Source: Dehalococcoidia bacterium
GTDB taxonomy: Bacteria > Chloroflexota > Dehalococcoidia > Plut-88900
DNA length: 64,000 bases
Direction of reading: 5' to 3'
NCBI GenBank assembly: GCA_965197645.1
Contig: OZ240219.1
Coordinates: 1,664,001 to 1,728,000, forward strand
Shown here piece after piece: positions 1 to 10,308 of this stretch. Position 1 is the stretch's first letter, and each line of letters opens with the position of its first letter. The translations under genes were made by a program, and so were the position numbers. Under the pieces are notes generated by a model. The model was not told where the DNA came from. It made no database searches and saw only the letters and a list, made by a program, of their open reading frames with translations.

Positions 1-66
1 TGCGGCCAGGACAAGCACCAGCACGGCAACACAAATGATACATAAAGCTGTTTTGCGAGGGTTCAT
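1..66 (-). CDS. 5' end of a secreted/lipoprotein gene running off the window
   Basis: ATG at 66 reads MNPRKTALCIICVAVLVLVLAA: basic N-terminus plus hydrophobic core (signal peptide). Confidence 0.5.
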   Translation of the reverse strand, partial: MNPRKTALCIICVAVLVLVLAA

Positions 67-193
67 GGATCACACGGGACGTCGTCTGGATAACATACAG
101 AGCATCGGGGGGGATTGTACAACATTTACATCGGTGAGATGCGCTGCCTGAACGGGTGGATTGCTGAGATACGGGGCTGAAACCGGATGATGC

Positions 194-1111
194 CTACTGT
201 GGCTCTTCCCGTCGCAACTGGTCCAGGATGCCGGATACGTGAGCCCGGGCATTGTCGTCGTCTGTCAGCGCCAGCGCTTTTTCCAGGTCTGCGATGGCCA
301 TAGCCGTCCTGCCGGTGCGTGCGTAGACTATAGCTCGATTGTTGTAGGCCAAGACGTTCTTGGGATCGATTGTCAGAGCTGCGTTTACGTCCTCGAAGGC
401 TTGGCCGTCGGCGCCCTTATCGAGATGGGCAGCAGCCCGATTGACGAGGGCGACGGCGGAGTCGGGGTGCTCTTCCAAGACCGTCGTGGCATCGGCAATC
501 GCCTGGTCGAAGTCTCCCTTGTAGCGGTGGGCTTCGCCTCTATCTATGTAGGGTTGGGGCAGCCTGGGGTCCAGCTCTATCGCCTTTGAGGCATCGTCTA
601 TGCACCGGTCCAGGGCGCCCAGCTGCAGGAAGGCGCTGGCCCGGTTGCTGTACGCCAAGGGATAGGCGGGATCCAGCCCTACTGCGTTGTTGTAGTCCCC
701 CAACGCCATCCTCAGCTTGCCCTGCCCTCTATAGGCCCCGCCCCTGTTGACGTAAGCCGATACCGAATCGGGGTTCAGGCTCAGAGCCTCGTTGGCATCA
801 TCCAAAGCTTTGTCGAGATCACCCTTTCTCAAGTATGCGGCGGACCTGGCGGTGTACGCATCCGCGTTGTTGGGGCTCAGCATCAAGACCTTGGTGGCAT
901 CCATTATTGCTTTGCCATACTCTCCCTGGAGGACGTGCAGCTCGCTCCGGTGGAGATATGCTGCGACTTGCGTGCCGTCCAGCTCCAACGCTTTGCTGAA
1001 AAGCTCGATGGCGCCCTCGATATCTTCTTCGTTTCTTAGCTCAACGCCGCGCTCCAGGTAGCACCGGGACTGTTCCTGCGCCTCTTCCGTTATGGAGGTA
1101 TCTTTATTCAT
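194..1111 (-). CDS. Tetratricopeptide repeat protein
   Basis: About 8 tandem 34-aa TPR motifs (AYxxRG...A..D...AL.L.P); ATG at 1111 preferred over TTG at 1126. Confidence 0.9.
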   Translation of the reverse strand: MNKDTSITEEAQEQSRCYLERGVELRNEEDIEGAIELFSKALELDGTQVAAYLHRSELHVLQGEYGKAIMDATKVLMLSPNNADAYTARSAAYLRKGDLDKALDDANEALSLNPDSVSAYVNRGGAYRGQGKLRMALGDYNNAVGLDPAYPLAYSNRASAFLQLGALDRCIDDASKAIELDPRLPQPYIDRGEAHRYKGDFDQAIADATTVLEEHPDSAVALVNRAAAHLDKGADGQAFEDVNAALTIDPKNVLAYNNRAIVYARTGRTAMAIADLEKALALTDDDNARAHVSGILDQLRREEPQ

Positions 1112-1152
1112 ATCCAGTTGGAGCAAGAAGCCCTATGCCCAGGCGGGCCGAC

Positions 1153-3015
1153 TTATATGTACTCCTTGACCCGCTCCGCCAACGATCGGGTCATTCCCAT
1201 TACCGCCGCCAAGTCGTCTATCTCCGCCTCTCGGATGGCCTTCACGGAGCCAAACTTTCGCAGAAGCGCCTTCTTTCGTTTGGGCCCGATGCCGGGCACG
1301 TTGTCCATGATGGACCTTACCCCGGTCTTCTTGCGCAGCTGCCGGTGAAAGGTTATTGCGAACCGGTGGGCCTCGTCCCTGAGGCGCTGCACCAGATAGA
1401 GGGCCTGGGAGCTGCGGGGCAGGATTATCGGCTCGCTGGAATCCGGCCGGAATATCTCCTCGTACTGCTTGGCGATGCTGGCCAGGGGCACGTCGGCCAC
1501 ACCCAACTCCAACATCACCTGGTGGACCGCGCTCAGGTGGCCTTTTCCGCCGTCTATCATCACCAGGTCCGGTATCCGGCCCCAGCTTCCATTTTGCTTT
1601 CGACCGTTCGCCTCGTCGCTGTTCCTATCGTCTCTCGGTGAGTCCTTCATGCGGCGGAACCGACGTCTCAGCATCTCCTGCATCATCGAGTAGTCATCTA
1701 TGCCCTCCACCGTCTTGATTTTGAATCTACGGTACTGGGAGGGCGCCGGCTCGCCGTCCTGGAAGACCACCATGCTGCCGACGGGGTTGCTGCCCTGGAT
1801 GTTGGATATGTCGTAGCACTCCATCCGCGCGGGCCTGGTCGGTAGGTTGAGCTGCTCCTGGATCTCGTCCAGAGCCTGGGAGATAGCATCGCTGTTGGCC
1901 ATCCACTTCACTCTGTGTTGGGCCAGGCCTTGAGCGGCGTTCTCGGCAACCAGGTCCACCATGTGCCGACGTTCGCCCCGGCTGGGTCGCCGGACCTCCA
2001 CCTTTCGGCCCCGCTTGTTCTCCAGCCAGGTACGAATCAAGGACAGGTCTTCGGGAGAATGCTGGGTCAGAATGAGGGGTGGGATGTACGATGCAAAGTC
2101 GTAGAACTGCTTGAGGAAGCTGGCCATGATCTGTGCATCAGACTCGTCCTGGGTCCCCTCCATGATGAAGTGGTCCCGGCCCACCAGCTTTCCTTCCCGA
2201 ACGAAGAAAGCCTCGACCCAAGCCTCGTCCTGGGAGCGGGCCATGGCCACGATATCCTCGTTGGCCAGCAGACGAGATACCATCTTCTGGGCTTGGGAGA
2301 CCTTTTCTATGGCCCGTACCTGGTCCCGGAGCGCCGCTGCCCGTTCGAACTGGAGCTCCTCCGCGGCCTGGTTCATGCCATGGGTCAGGTCCTGGACTAC
2401 GGCTTCGTGTTTACCTTCGAGAAAAAGGACCACCTGGTCGATGACTTTGTGATACTCCTCCTTGTCCGCCGCCCCTATGCAGGGCCCGACACACCGGTGA
2501 ATGTAGTAGTCCAGGCACGGACGAACGTCCTCACCGGTGATGGTCTTGGTACAGGAGCGATAGGGGAACAGCTTCTTGATCAGGTCGAGGGTCCTTCGAA
2601 CGGAGCTGGCGCTGGCGAAGGGCCCGAAGTACCGGGAGCCGTCCTCGTCCTGCCGCCGGGTGAAATAGACCCTGGGGAACTCCTCTTTAAGGTCGATTTT
2701 GATGTAAGGATAGGTCTTATCGTCTTTGAGCCGGACGTTGTAGCGAGGCTTGTGCCGCTTGATCAGGATGTTCTCCAGGATCAGCGCCTCTTGCTCCGAA
2801 TCGGTTACCACGTACTCGTACTCGGCCACCCTCGACATCAGGGTCCTGAGCTTGGAGGGCAGCAACGAGGAGTCGGCAAAGTAAGACCGGACGCGGCTTC
2901 GCAAACTGGCCGCTTTACCCACGTAGAGGACCTTTCCCGTGGCGTCCCTGTAGATGTAGACGCCGGGCTTTGTCGGGGTTGCCTTTACCTGGCTGGTCAG
3001 CGACTTGGTGGTCAT
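1153..3015 (-). CDS. uvrC: Excinuclease ABC subunit C
   Basis: GIY-YIG (PGVYIY..LYVGKA), UVR domain FERAAALRD, ECYDISN, PDLVMIDGGKG, RDEAHRFA, HhH GIGPKR. Confidence 0.97.
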   Translation of the reverse strand: MTTKSLTSQVKATPTKPGVYIYRDATGKVLYVGKAASLRSRVRSYFADSSLLPSKLRTLMSRVAEYEYVVTDSEQEALILENILIKRHKPRYNVRLKDDKTYPYIKIDLKEEFPRVYFTRRQDEDGSRYFGPFASASSVRRTLDLIKKLFPYRSCTKTITGEDVRPCLDYYIHRCVGPCIGAADKEEYHKVIDQVVLFLEGKHEAVVQDLTHGMNQAAEELQFERAAALRDQVRAIEKVSQAQKMVSRLLANEDIVAMARSQDEAWVEAFFVREGKLVGRDHFIMEGTQDESDAQIMASFLKQFYDFASYIPPLILTQHSPEDLSLIRTWLENKRGRKVEVRRPSRGERRHMVDLVAENAAQGLAQHRVKWMANSDAISQALDEIQEQLNLPTRPARMECYDISNIQGSNPVGSMVVFQDGEPAPSQYRRFKIKTVEGIDDYSMMQEMLRRRFRRMKDSPRDDRNSDEANGRKQNGSWGRIPDLVMIDGGKGHLSAVHQVMLELGVADVPLASIAKQYEEIFRPDSSEPIILPRSSQALYLVQRLRDEAHRFAITFHRQLRKKTGVRSIMDNVPGIGPKRKKALLRKFGSVKAIREAEIDDLAAVMGMTRSLAERVKEYI

Positions 3016-3110
3016 AGCCAACCCAATTTTAGCACGATGCGCAGCGGCGGTTGGTCATTAGCCCGAGCTATCGGGTGGATTCAGCGAGGAGATCTGGGAG
3101 GTGGGGGAAG

Positions 3111-3458
3111 CTATCCCACAACTACGGCCAGGATGCCGATGGTGATGAAGATCCCTACGGAGAAGATGCCGATCCGCTTCACGTCCCGTACCACGTAGGC
3201 ATAGGGCCAGGGCGCCGCCGTCGCCACTTCCGGTATTGTGCCCACCGGCTCGGGAGCCGTTCCAAGTTCGGCCGGTCCTGTGCCGACGTTGGCGGCATCG
3301 CCGGTCTGCTCCACGGGCTCTGATATCTCTTCCGGCGCAACGTCGGAAGTCGCAGCGGGTTGGATGGGCTCGGGTCGGGACTTTGGCTGCCGTTTCAGCT
3401 TACGGCGTCCGGCCAGGGCGGCTTGTCGAGCGGCGAGTTTTCGAGACTTTCTAGGCAA
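3111..3458 (-). CDS. Small hypothetical membrane protein (basic N-terminus, acidic linker, C-terminal TM helix)
   Basis: Fills the gap in a same-strand run; C-terminal hydrophobic segment IGIFSVGIFITIGILAVVV. Confidence 0.65.
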   Translation of the reverse strand: MPRKSRKLAARQAALAGRRKLKRQPKSRPEPIQPAATSDVAPEEISEPVEQTGDAANVGTGPAELGTAPEPVGTIPEVATAAPWPYAYVVRDVKRIGIFSVGIFITIGILAVVVG

Positions 3459-3544
3459 TGTTCATCCTATCGGCTGTTTAGTCAATTATAGGTAGGAAGA
3501 TATTCGGGTGCAAGGAGACCTTAACGCCGAGGGCATCCACGGGT

Positions 3545-4258
3545 TCATAGCAACTCGGTGAGGCTGGTTATGATCCGGTCGGGCCTGACCTTCGCGGTTT
3601 CCGGCGGTCCATCTCCCCTCGGGTTTACCCAGATGCCGGTGATCCCCAGCTTCTGTGGGCCTCCGACGTCCCACTCCAGGTTGTCCCCAACCATCCACGT
3701 TTCGGCGGCGCTGGCATCGAGCTGTTCCAGGGCGTGGCGATAAACTCGCTGGTCCGGTTTGCCGACCCCGAACTCGCCTTCGACGAGAATGTAGTTGAAC
3801 AACGGTCCGAGCCCAAACCGATCGATCTTGCTCCGCTGGGCCTCTTTGTTGCCGTTGGTGATCAGCGCCAGTCCTATGCCATCCTCGCCGAGCCGCTTTA
3901 CCGTTTCGATGGCTCCGGGAAAGGGGGTCACGCTGGTCTCCCTGATCTTGGAGTAAGACTCCGACAGCTCTTCTGTCAGAGCCTGATCAGCGACGCCGAG
4001 GCTATTGAGGGCTTTGGAGACGATCTCCTGAACGGGATTGATCATCCTGAGCCGGCCCCTTCTATGGCGTTCCGGGTCGCTCCAGAACCATCGGCTCGTG
4101 GACTTCAAGGCGTCCAGTAACTGGCCCACCCCCACGTTTTCAATCCGGCCGGCAAATCGTTGACATACGTCGTACCAGCACTTGTTGGATACGGACCCGT
4201 AAGCGAGGATCGTATCGTCTAGATCAAGTAGGATCGCTTTGGGGAGAGAACGGCTCAT
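3545..4258 (-). CDS. HAD-superfamily hydrolase (IA)
   Basis: DLDDT motif I, ITNG motif II, KP motif III, GDNLEWD motif IV. Confidence 0.92.
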   Translation of the reverse strand: MSRSLPKAILLDLDDTILAYGSVSNKCWYDVCQRFAGRIENVGVGQLLDALKSTSRWFWSDPERHRRGRLRMINPVQEIVSKALNSLGVADQALTEELSESYSKIRETSVTPFPGAIETVKRLGEDGIGLALITNGNKEAQRSKIDRFGLGPLFNYILVEGEFGVGKPDQRVYRHALEQLDASAAETWMVGDNLEWDVGGPQKLGITGIWVNPRGDGPPETAKVRPDRIITSLTELL

Positions 4259-4329
4259 GATATCGGTACGAGGCGGTCCGGTCTGACGATAGGGCCTGGA
4301 GACAACTGGTGTGATCCCAGGGGTGAGGA

Positions 4330-5247
4330 CTATTCGGCTCTGGGATGGGCTTTGTCGTACTCAGACCTTACGTGGTCGCTGGCCAGGTGGGTATACACCT
4401 GGGTAGTGGAGATGTTGGCGTGACCCAAGAGCTCCTGGACGTGCCGCAGGGGAGCTCCATTCCTGAGCATGTGGGTGGCGAAGCTGTGCCTCAGAACGTG
4501 GGGTGTGATGGGGGAGGTGATGCCGACCTCTCGGGCGTAGCCTTTGAGAATCAGCCAGAACCCCTGGCGTGTGAGCCTGTCGCCGCGGCGGTTGAGGAGC
4601 ATCGCTTGCTCATCGGAGCTTCTGAGAAGCCGGCGGCGTCCGTTCTCCATGTAATCGGCCAACGCCTTGGACGCCTCTTGGTGAATGGGCAGAATCCGCT
4701 CCTTGGCGCCTTTGCCCATGCATCGTATCTGATGGTTCTCCAGATCGGCGTCCTGGACATTCAGGGAGACCAGCTCGGTCACTCTCATGCCCGTTGCATA
4801 CAGGAGTTCCATCATCGCCCAGTCTCGTTTTCCTTCGGGAGATGAGCCGGACCGGGACCTGGCGCTCTCGATAAGGCTGTTGATCGCTTCGACGCTGAGG
4901 GCCTTGGGCAGCGCCCTGCCCACCTTAGGAGATGAAAGGTTCTCCGTCGGCGAGGTCTCCAGTTCCCCCTCCTCCACCATGAACGCGAAGAAGGACTTGA
5001 TGGCGGCCACCTTTCGGGCGATGGTCGAGGACTTGAGGGTCCTATCGTGGAGGTCCATCCCGTAGCTGGCTATCACAGCCTCGTCAACGTCGGACCAGTT
5101 GGTAATCGTTTTGGAGCCGTGGTTGTGGTTGCCCTGCAGAAAGCTCAGGAACTGGTAAAGATCGTTTCGGTAGGCGAACAGTGTGTTGGATGAAAGGCCT
5201 CGCTCCACTGTTAGATGGTTGAGATAGGTGTCGATGGCGGGCTTCAC
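4330..5247 (-). CDS. xerD: Site-specific tyrosine recombinase XerD
   Basis: ERGLSSNT..AY..DL N-terminus; YATGMRVTE, KGAKER, TRQGFW, HVLRHSFATH, LGH, TTQVY catalytic residues. Confidence 0.93.
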   Translation of the reverse strand: MKPAIDTYLNHLTVERGLSSNTLFAYRNDLYQFLSFLQGNHNHGSKTITNWSDVDEAVIASYGMDLHDRTLKSSTIARKVAAIKSFFAFMVEEGELETSPTENLSSPKVGRALPKALSVEAINSLIESARSRSGSSPEGKRDWAMMELLYATGMRVTELVSLNVQDADLENHQIRCMGKGAKERILPIHQEASKALADYMENGRRRLLRSSDEQAMLLNRRGDRLTRQGFWLILKGYAREVGITSPITPHVLRHSFATHMLRNGAPLRHVQELLGHANISTTQVYTHLASDHVRSEYDKAHPRAE

Positions 5248-5446
5248 ATCTCAGCTCCTTAACGTCTTATGACTTTCGCGTTTGCTTTCACAATTAAACA
5301 TTTTAGCATAGGGCGTTACGGGATGTGCAATTAAGTCTTGCGGTAAACCGGGAAATTCTTGACCCTGGAGCCCATTGATTACTACACTAGGTTATAGTTG
5401 GTACGGGGGACGCCGTTGTAAATCATATCGGCACATTTCCTGGCTT

Positions 5447-6259
5447 ATGCTCGAAATAGATCTCGATCCTAATCTGTTTGGCGGCCTTACCTGGCACGGG
5501 GTGTACACGGCCCTGGCGGTGGCTATGGCAGTGGTTGTCGTGGCCCGGCTGGCCCCCAAGCTGGACGTTGATCCCTCTGTAGTCTACTCTACAGCCACCT
5601 GGGCCGTCCCCGGCGGGATCGTAGGAGCCCGCTTGATTCACGTCATAGACCACTGGGGCTTCTACAGCGACAATCCCCTGGACATCATCTACTTTTGGCA
5701 AGGCGGCGTGGCCCTCTTCGGAGCGATACTCGGCGGGGCGTTGGTCGGTGTGGTCTACGCCCTGTTCCGGGGCTATCCGATGGCGAAGCTGGCGGACCTG
5801 ACTGCTCCGGCATTGCTCATCGCCCAGGCCGTAGGGAGAGTCGGCGACGTTATCAACGGTGAGCACTTCAGCAATCCCACCGGCCTTCCCTGGTCCTGGG
5901 TACATATCCATGATCGCTGGCCGGGAAACCCCGTCCTGGCTCCGACGCCCAACGAGGGAGGCTACCATCCATCCGTGGGATACGAAATGGTACTGGACTG
6001 CGTCCTTCTATTCGTGGTCTGGAGACTCGTTGGAAGGGTCGCACCCAACGGGATGGTCATGCTCATATACCTGGTCCTGTACTCGCTGGGGAGATTCGCC
6101 ATCCAGTTCACCAGGGTAGATGCCGAACGCGCAGGCTCTCTGCAACAGGGACACATCATCGCCCTGGCTACCATCGGAGTGGCGCTGCTATGGATCGTCC
6201 TGCTTCAGGTGCGGCATCGCCAGAGGCTGGCCGGTGTCTCTGCAGCCGAACATCAGTAA
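5447..6259 (+). CDS. lgt: Prolipoprotein diacylglyceryl transferase
   Basis: GARL, GG...GAILGG, AQAVGRVGDVINGE, HPS..YE motifs; ATG 5447. Confidence 0.9.
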   Translation: MLEIDLDPNLFGGLTWHGVYTALAVAMAVVVVARLAPKLDVDPSVVYSTATWAVPGGIVGARLIHVIDHWGFYSDNPLDIIYFWQGGVALFGAILGGALVGVVYALFRGYPMAKLADLTAPALLIAQAVGRVGDVINGEHFSNPTGLPWSWVHIHDRWPGNPVLAPTPNEGGYHPSVGYEMVLDCVLLFVVWRLVGRVAPNGMVMLIYLVLYSLGRFAIQFTRVDAERAGSLQQGHIIALATIGVALLWIVLLQVRHRQRLAGVSAAEHQ

Positions 6260-6396
6260 CCAACCGTAGCTCGGAACGTTATCTAAACGATAGCCTCTGA
6301 TAGAATGTGGGCAACTAGGCGTCCCTGAGTTCCTGGGAAGTCATACGGCAGACTAGTACTGACAGACGGCAAGTAGCTGGTTAAGGGGATAGAGAC

Positions 6397-7215
6397 TTGG
6401 ATTCCGATACGCAAGTCACATCGGGGGGTGTGCCCGGAATGGGGATAGTGAGGTCCTTCTCGCTGCCACCTTTCCTACATTCCCTGGCGTTTGTAACCGG
6501 CTTCTCCATAGTTTTCACCGCCCTGGGCGCCGCGATAGGCCTTGCTGGGCCGGGAGGCTGGAGGGACTGGCTCGAGATCGCCGCCGGCATCGTCCTCATC
6601 ATCCTGGGGTTCAATCTCAGCGGAGTGATCAGATTCGGTCGGTTGACCGAGTTCCTGTACCGGGAACGGAAGCTCAACATCGGTGTGGGGGAAAGGCCCA
6701 GCTACTTCAGGTCCTCCGTGGTGGGATCGGCGTTTGCCATCGGTTGGACCCCCTGCGTCGGGCCGATACTGGCCGGCATTCTCTCCCTGACGCTGGAAGG
6801 CTCGGTAGTCCAGGGCGCTATATTGATGTTCGGCTACTCTTTGGGACTGGGAATACCCTTCTTGGGAGTCGGCGCCTTCCTGGGAGTCGCCAGGCGATGG
6901 CTGAGGAAGATCAATCCGTACATGGAAGCGATCGAGCTCTTCAGCGGACTCCTGCTGGTCTTCATCGGCGCCCTGATAGTCACCGATTCTCTGCTGCTGC
7001 TCAACAGCTACTTCTCATTCATCCCCGAGGTCACCGGCAGTGGAGAGGTCATCAGCATGGGGCTGGGATCACTGATAATCGCATTCGGCGGAGGAGTCCT
7101 CTCATTCCTGTCGCCGTGCATCCTGCCGCTGGTCCCCATCTGGCTCGGATACATGGCCGGCTCCACCCTGGATGGACAGCGCGCCGTTCCCCAGCCGGCG
7201 CCGTCCACCAGCTAG
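6397..7215 (+). CDS. ccdA: Cytochrome c biogenesis/thiol-disulfide transporter CcdA, circularly permuted
   Basis: GWTPCVGPIL and YSLGLGIPF motifs present; the SFLSPCILPLVP motif, normally N-terminal, lies at the C-terminus. Confidence 0.85.
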   Translation: MDSDTQVTSGGVPGMGIVRSFSLPPFLHSLAFVTGFSIVFTALGAAIGLAGPGGWRDWLEIAAGIVLIILGFNLSGVIRFGRLTEFLYRERKLNIGVGERPSYFRSSVVGSAFAIGWTPCVGPILAGILSLTLEGSVVQGAILMFGYSLGLGIPFLGVGAFLGVARRWLRKINPYMEAIELFSGLLLVFIGALIVTDSLLLLNSYFSFIPEVTGSGEVISMGLGSLIIAFGGGVLSFLSPCILPLVPIWLGYMAGSTLDGQRAVPQPAPSTS

Positions 7216-8904
7216 TCACACCAGGACGGGGTCCAGATCCAGGATCTCCAGCCGCAGGGTGCCGGCCGAGGACCGGTTGTCCCGGCTCAACCGGTACACC
7301 AGCTCCACTACCGACCCGACCGCTGGCGCCCTGTCTCCGATGCCGAAGCCGATGGCATCCCAGACCGCCGGCCCATCCCGTAGCTTCAGCCTCAGGTGCC
7401 GCCCTTCGTCTCCCAGCAGCCTCACGTCGATGACCCTGGCGTCTTTGGCCAGGAATACGGGAGCCGGGTTTTGGAAACCGCAGGGCTCCAGCAGCCCCAG
7501 GAACTTGATCAGCCGCTTATCGATCCCCTTTATCGGTAACGCCGTATCGATTTTCTTCGACGGCCGAAGGTCCACTCCATCCAGCTCCTGGGACGCTAGC
7601 TCGACGAGCCGTTGCTGGAGGAGCCCCAGGTTTTCGTTGGCGATAACGAATCCCGCCGCCTGGGCATGGCCTCCGTAACGGATGAACAGATCATCGCATT
7701 TACGGAACGCCGCGATGATATCGAAATCCGGAATGCTCCGCGCACTGGCCCTGGCGGTGTCTCCATCTATGGACATGACGATGGCAGGCCGGTAGAACTG
7801 CTCCACCAGCTTTCCCGCCGCCAGTCCTACGACTCCTGGGAGGAAGTCCTTAGCCCCGACCATGAGAATCGGCTGGTCCGATTGCCGGGCGACCACCTCT
7901 TCGACAGCCCTCTCTGTGACTTCGCTGCTGAGCTTTCGGCGCTCCCGGTTCTTGATCTCCAAATCCTGTGCCAACGGCCTCGCCTCTTCCGCCGAACCGG
8001 CGCAAAGAAGTCGATAGCTGATCATAGCGTGGTCCACACGGCCCGCCGCGTTGATACGAGGCCCCAACCCATAGGAGATCGATTCGGCGTCCAGGCTGCC
8101 TGGAGAGAGACCCGCCACCGATACCAGCTCCCTGATACCGGCCTTATCCGTCGAGTTCAGGACCTCCAGCCCCCTTTTGACCAGGGTCCTGTTCTCGCCG
8201 ATGAGGGGCGCCACGTCTGCAATGGTACCTATAGCCACCAGATCCAACAGGCTGTCGTCATCCTCCTTACCCCACGCTTCCCGCAGGGCTTGGACCAGCT
8301 TGTATGCCACGCCCACGGCGGAGAGGTGTAGAAACGGATAACGGGACCCGTTCAGCTTAGGGTCGACGATGGCCAGTGCGGGAGGCAGCGTGGCGGGCGG
8401 CGTGTGGTGGTCTGTGATCACCACGTCCATCCCCATGTCCTGGGCCGTCACGACCTCGGAGTAGGAGCTGACCCCGCAATCTGCGGTGATGATAAGGGAG
8501 GCGCCTTGCTTGTGGAGAAATGTCAGGCCGAGAGAGCTGATACCGTGCCCCTCGTCGGTACGGTGGGGGATGTAGGTCGTAGTCTTGGCGCCCAGCTTGC
8601 CCAGCCCGTGATGAAGCAGTGCAGATGAAGTGACTCCATCGGCATCGAAATCGCCGTGAATGCCTATAGTCTCGCCGGTTTCGATGGCGGCCTTTATCCG
8701 GCCAACCGCATCCTCCATCGAAGAAAATCGAAGCGGATCGTACGTCGCTGTCTTCTCCGGGGACAGAAAGGAGATCAGCTCCGGGCGGTCCGCTATCCCG
8801 CGATTGTAGGCGAGATGAGCAATCGGAAATGGAACGTCAGGCAGGGCGCGTAAATAGGACTCGGGAGGGGGCGGGGACATGATCCAGCGGCGTTCCAGGT
8901 TCAT
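7216..8904 (-). CDS. recJ: ssDNA exonuclease RecJ
   Basis: GDFDADG, ITADCG, TDHH, GTIAD, GPRINAAGR, GGHAQAAG. Confidence 0.96.
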   Translation of the reverse strand: MNLERRWIMSPPPPESYLRALPDVPFPIAHLAYNRGIADRPELISFLSPEKTATYDPLRFSSMEDAVGRIKAAIETGETIGIHGDFDADGVTSSALLHHGLGKLGAKTTTYIPHRTDEGHGISSLGLTFLHKQGASLIITADCGVSSYSEVVTAQDMGMDVVITDHHTPPATLPPALAIVDPKLNGSRYPFLHLSAVGVAYKLVQALREAWGKEDDDSLLDLVAIGTIADVAPLIGENRTLVKRGLEVLNSTDKAGIRELVSVAGLSPGSLDAESISYGLGPRINAAGRVDHAMISYRLLCAGSAEEARPLAQDLEIKNRERRKLSSEVTERAVEEVVARQSDQPILMVGAKDFLPGVVGLAAGKLVEQFYRPAIVMSIDGDTARASARSIPDFDIIAAFRKCDDLFIRYGGHAQAAGFVIANENLGLLQQRLVELASQELDGVDLRPSKKIDTALPIKGIDKRLIKFLGLLEPCGFQNPAPVFLAKDARVIDVRLLGDEGRHLRLKLRDGPAVWDAIGFGIGDRAPAVGSVVELVYRLSRDNRSSAGTLRLEILDLDPVLV

Positions 8905-8968
8905 GGATCAAGAATCGAGGGCGGCGATTCTGGGGGAGACTCTTCCCGGCCGGCTCGCCGGACCGAAG

Positions 8969-9661
8969 CTACCAGGGAGAGGAACCGTGTTTGTCTCGAT
9001 AGTCGTTGTAGTCCACCGCCAGATTGTATGCCCTGCTGGTAAGGTAGATCCACACGGTCAACGACAAAGCGATGAAAATGTAGGCTACGTCTACTTCCCG
9101 GCCGATGCCGATGACGGTGAACGTTATGGCCAGCGCGGAGAGCCAACGTGCTATTCCAGATATGTTGGCGGCTCTGATCTCAGGATAGGCCCATGCCATC
9201 AAGAGACCCCATACCACCACCCCAAACGCCCAAAAGAGGGGGTGGTCTTTACCTATCTCATTGAGTCCGAGATATGTCGCCCACGTCGCCGCACCGGCCA
9301 GGAGAAGCAATATACCGGTGGACTTCTTGCCCACGTAGAAATGCCCGATGCCCCAGACTCCGAAAACACCGGTCAGCGAGGCCAGCATACCAGCCAACTC
9401 GGGGTCCTTGCCGGGCAGGGCGGGCTCGTCTCCTACCTGAGCGTGAGATGGGATTGGAGGGAAAATGAAGCCCCGGTATCCCGGAAGCTTTAGCGGCGCG
9501 TCGTGCTGTTTGACGGCGTCGGGATCTACCGAGTAGGCTAACTCACGGGGTATGGGAGCCCAGTTGGTCTCGTCACAGCTATCACATTCCTCTTGGTCTG
9601 CGGGCGCCAGCGTAGAGCAGCTACGGCATACTTTGGAGTCCGTTACGCCTCGAACGCCCAT
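8969..9661 (-). CDS. Membrane protein with N-terminal zinc ribbon and TM2-like segment
   Basis: CRSC...CDSC pair; GVFGVWGIGHFYVG TM2-like motif; several TM helices. Confidence 0.7.
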   Translation of the reverse strand: MGVRGVTDSKVCRSCSTLAPADQEECDSCDETNWAPIPRELAYSVDPDAVKQHDAPLKLPGYRGFIFPPIPSHAQVGDEPALPGKDPELAGMLASLTGVFGVWGIGHFYVGKKSTGILLLLAGAATWATYLGLNEIGKDHPLFWAFGVVVWGLLMAWAYPEIRAANISGIARWLSALAITFTVIGIGREVDVAYIFIALSLTVWIYLTSRAYNLAVDYNDYRDKHGSSPW

Positions 9662-9755
9662 TACGCTTTACCCTGCCAAACTGTGCCCTTGCCCACTTAA
9701 GAGGTGAGCTGGACGACTAAGAGATCCAGTCAGAGGAGAGGGCTCGCCGCCTCTC

Positions 9756-10118
9756 CTACTCTCCTCCGGAGCCGGGCGAAACCAGCTTGCCTATTCCGGC
9801 GTACTTGAAGTCTTGTCCTGAGTAGCACCTGTAGGCGCCGAACAGAGAGTAAACAACGGCTGCCAGTATCAACACTAGACCGATCTCGGCCAGCGCATTA
9901 AGAATAATAAAGTATATGAAGATAGCGATAGCTTGGAAGATGAATGCCTGCAACGCCTGGGTACCCACGTACTGGGATGTCTTTCTCTTGAACAGCCAGA
10001 TGACCATGGCGCCGATGACACCCAGCAAGGGGAGCACGGGGATGATGTTCACCACCATGATGGCGTGGGCTATGGCCGCCCACATCTTCTCGTCAGACGA
10101 CCTAGTTTCAGAGTTCAT
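9756..10118 (-). CDS. DUF4870-family membrane protein
   Basis: DEKMWAAIAH...QALQAFIFQ...G.DFKY pattern. Confidence 0.8.
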   Translation of the reverse strand: MNSETRSSDEKMWAAIAHAIMVVNIIPVLPLLGVIGAMVIWLFKRKTSQYVGTQALQAFIFQAIAIFIYFIILNALAEIGLVLILAAVVYSLFGAYRCYSGQDFKYAGIGKLVSPGSGGE

Positions 10119-10308
10119 TCTCGCCGCCGAGTCCCACAGAATTAAAAGAATACATTAGTACAACCCCGCACTTACGTCAACTTTTTGGCAGTCTTTCCCG
10201 GAGGAAACATTTACCCCTTGGTACTACTTGTAACGCTTCAACGGTGGGTATGATTTCTTGCAGCCTTCTGTTTTCCGCTGGTATGGCGAGACACCGGGGG
10301 ATAGGAGG

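Noticed and set aside
4330-5247. Tyrosine recombinase as a prophage or island integrase
   Set aside because: It has XerD-specific motifs (TRQGFW) and housekeeping neighbours; no att sites or phage genes
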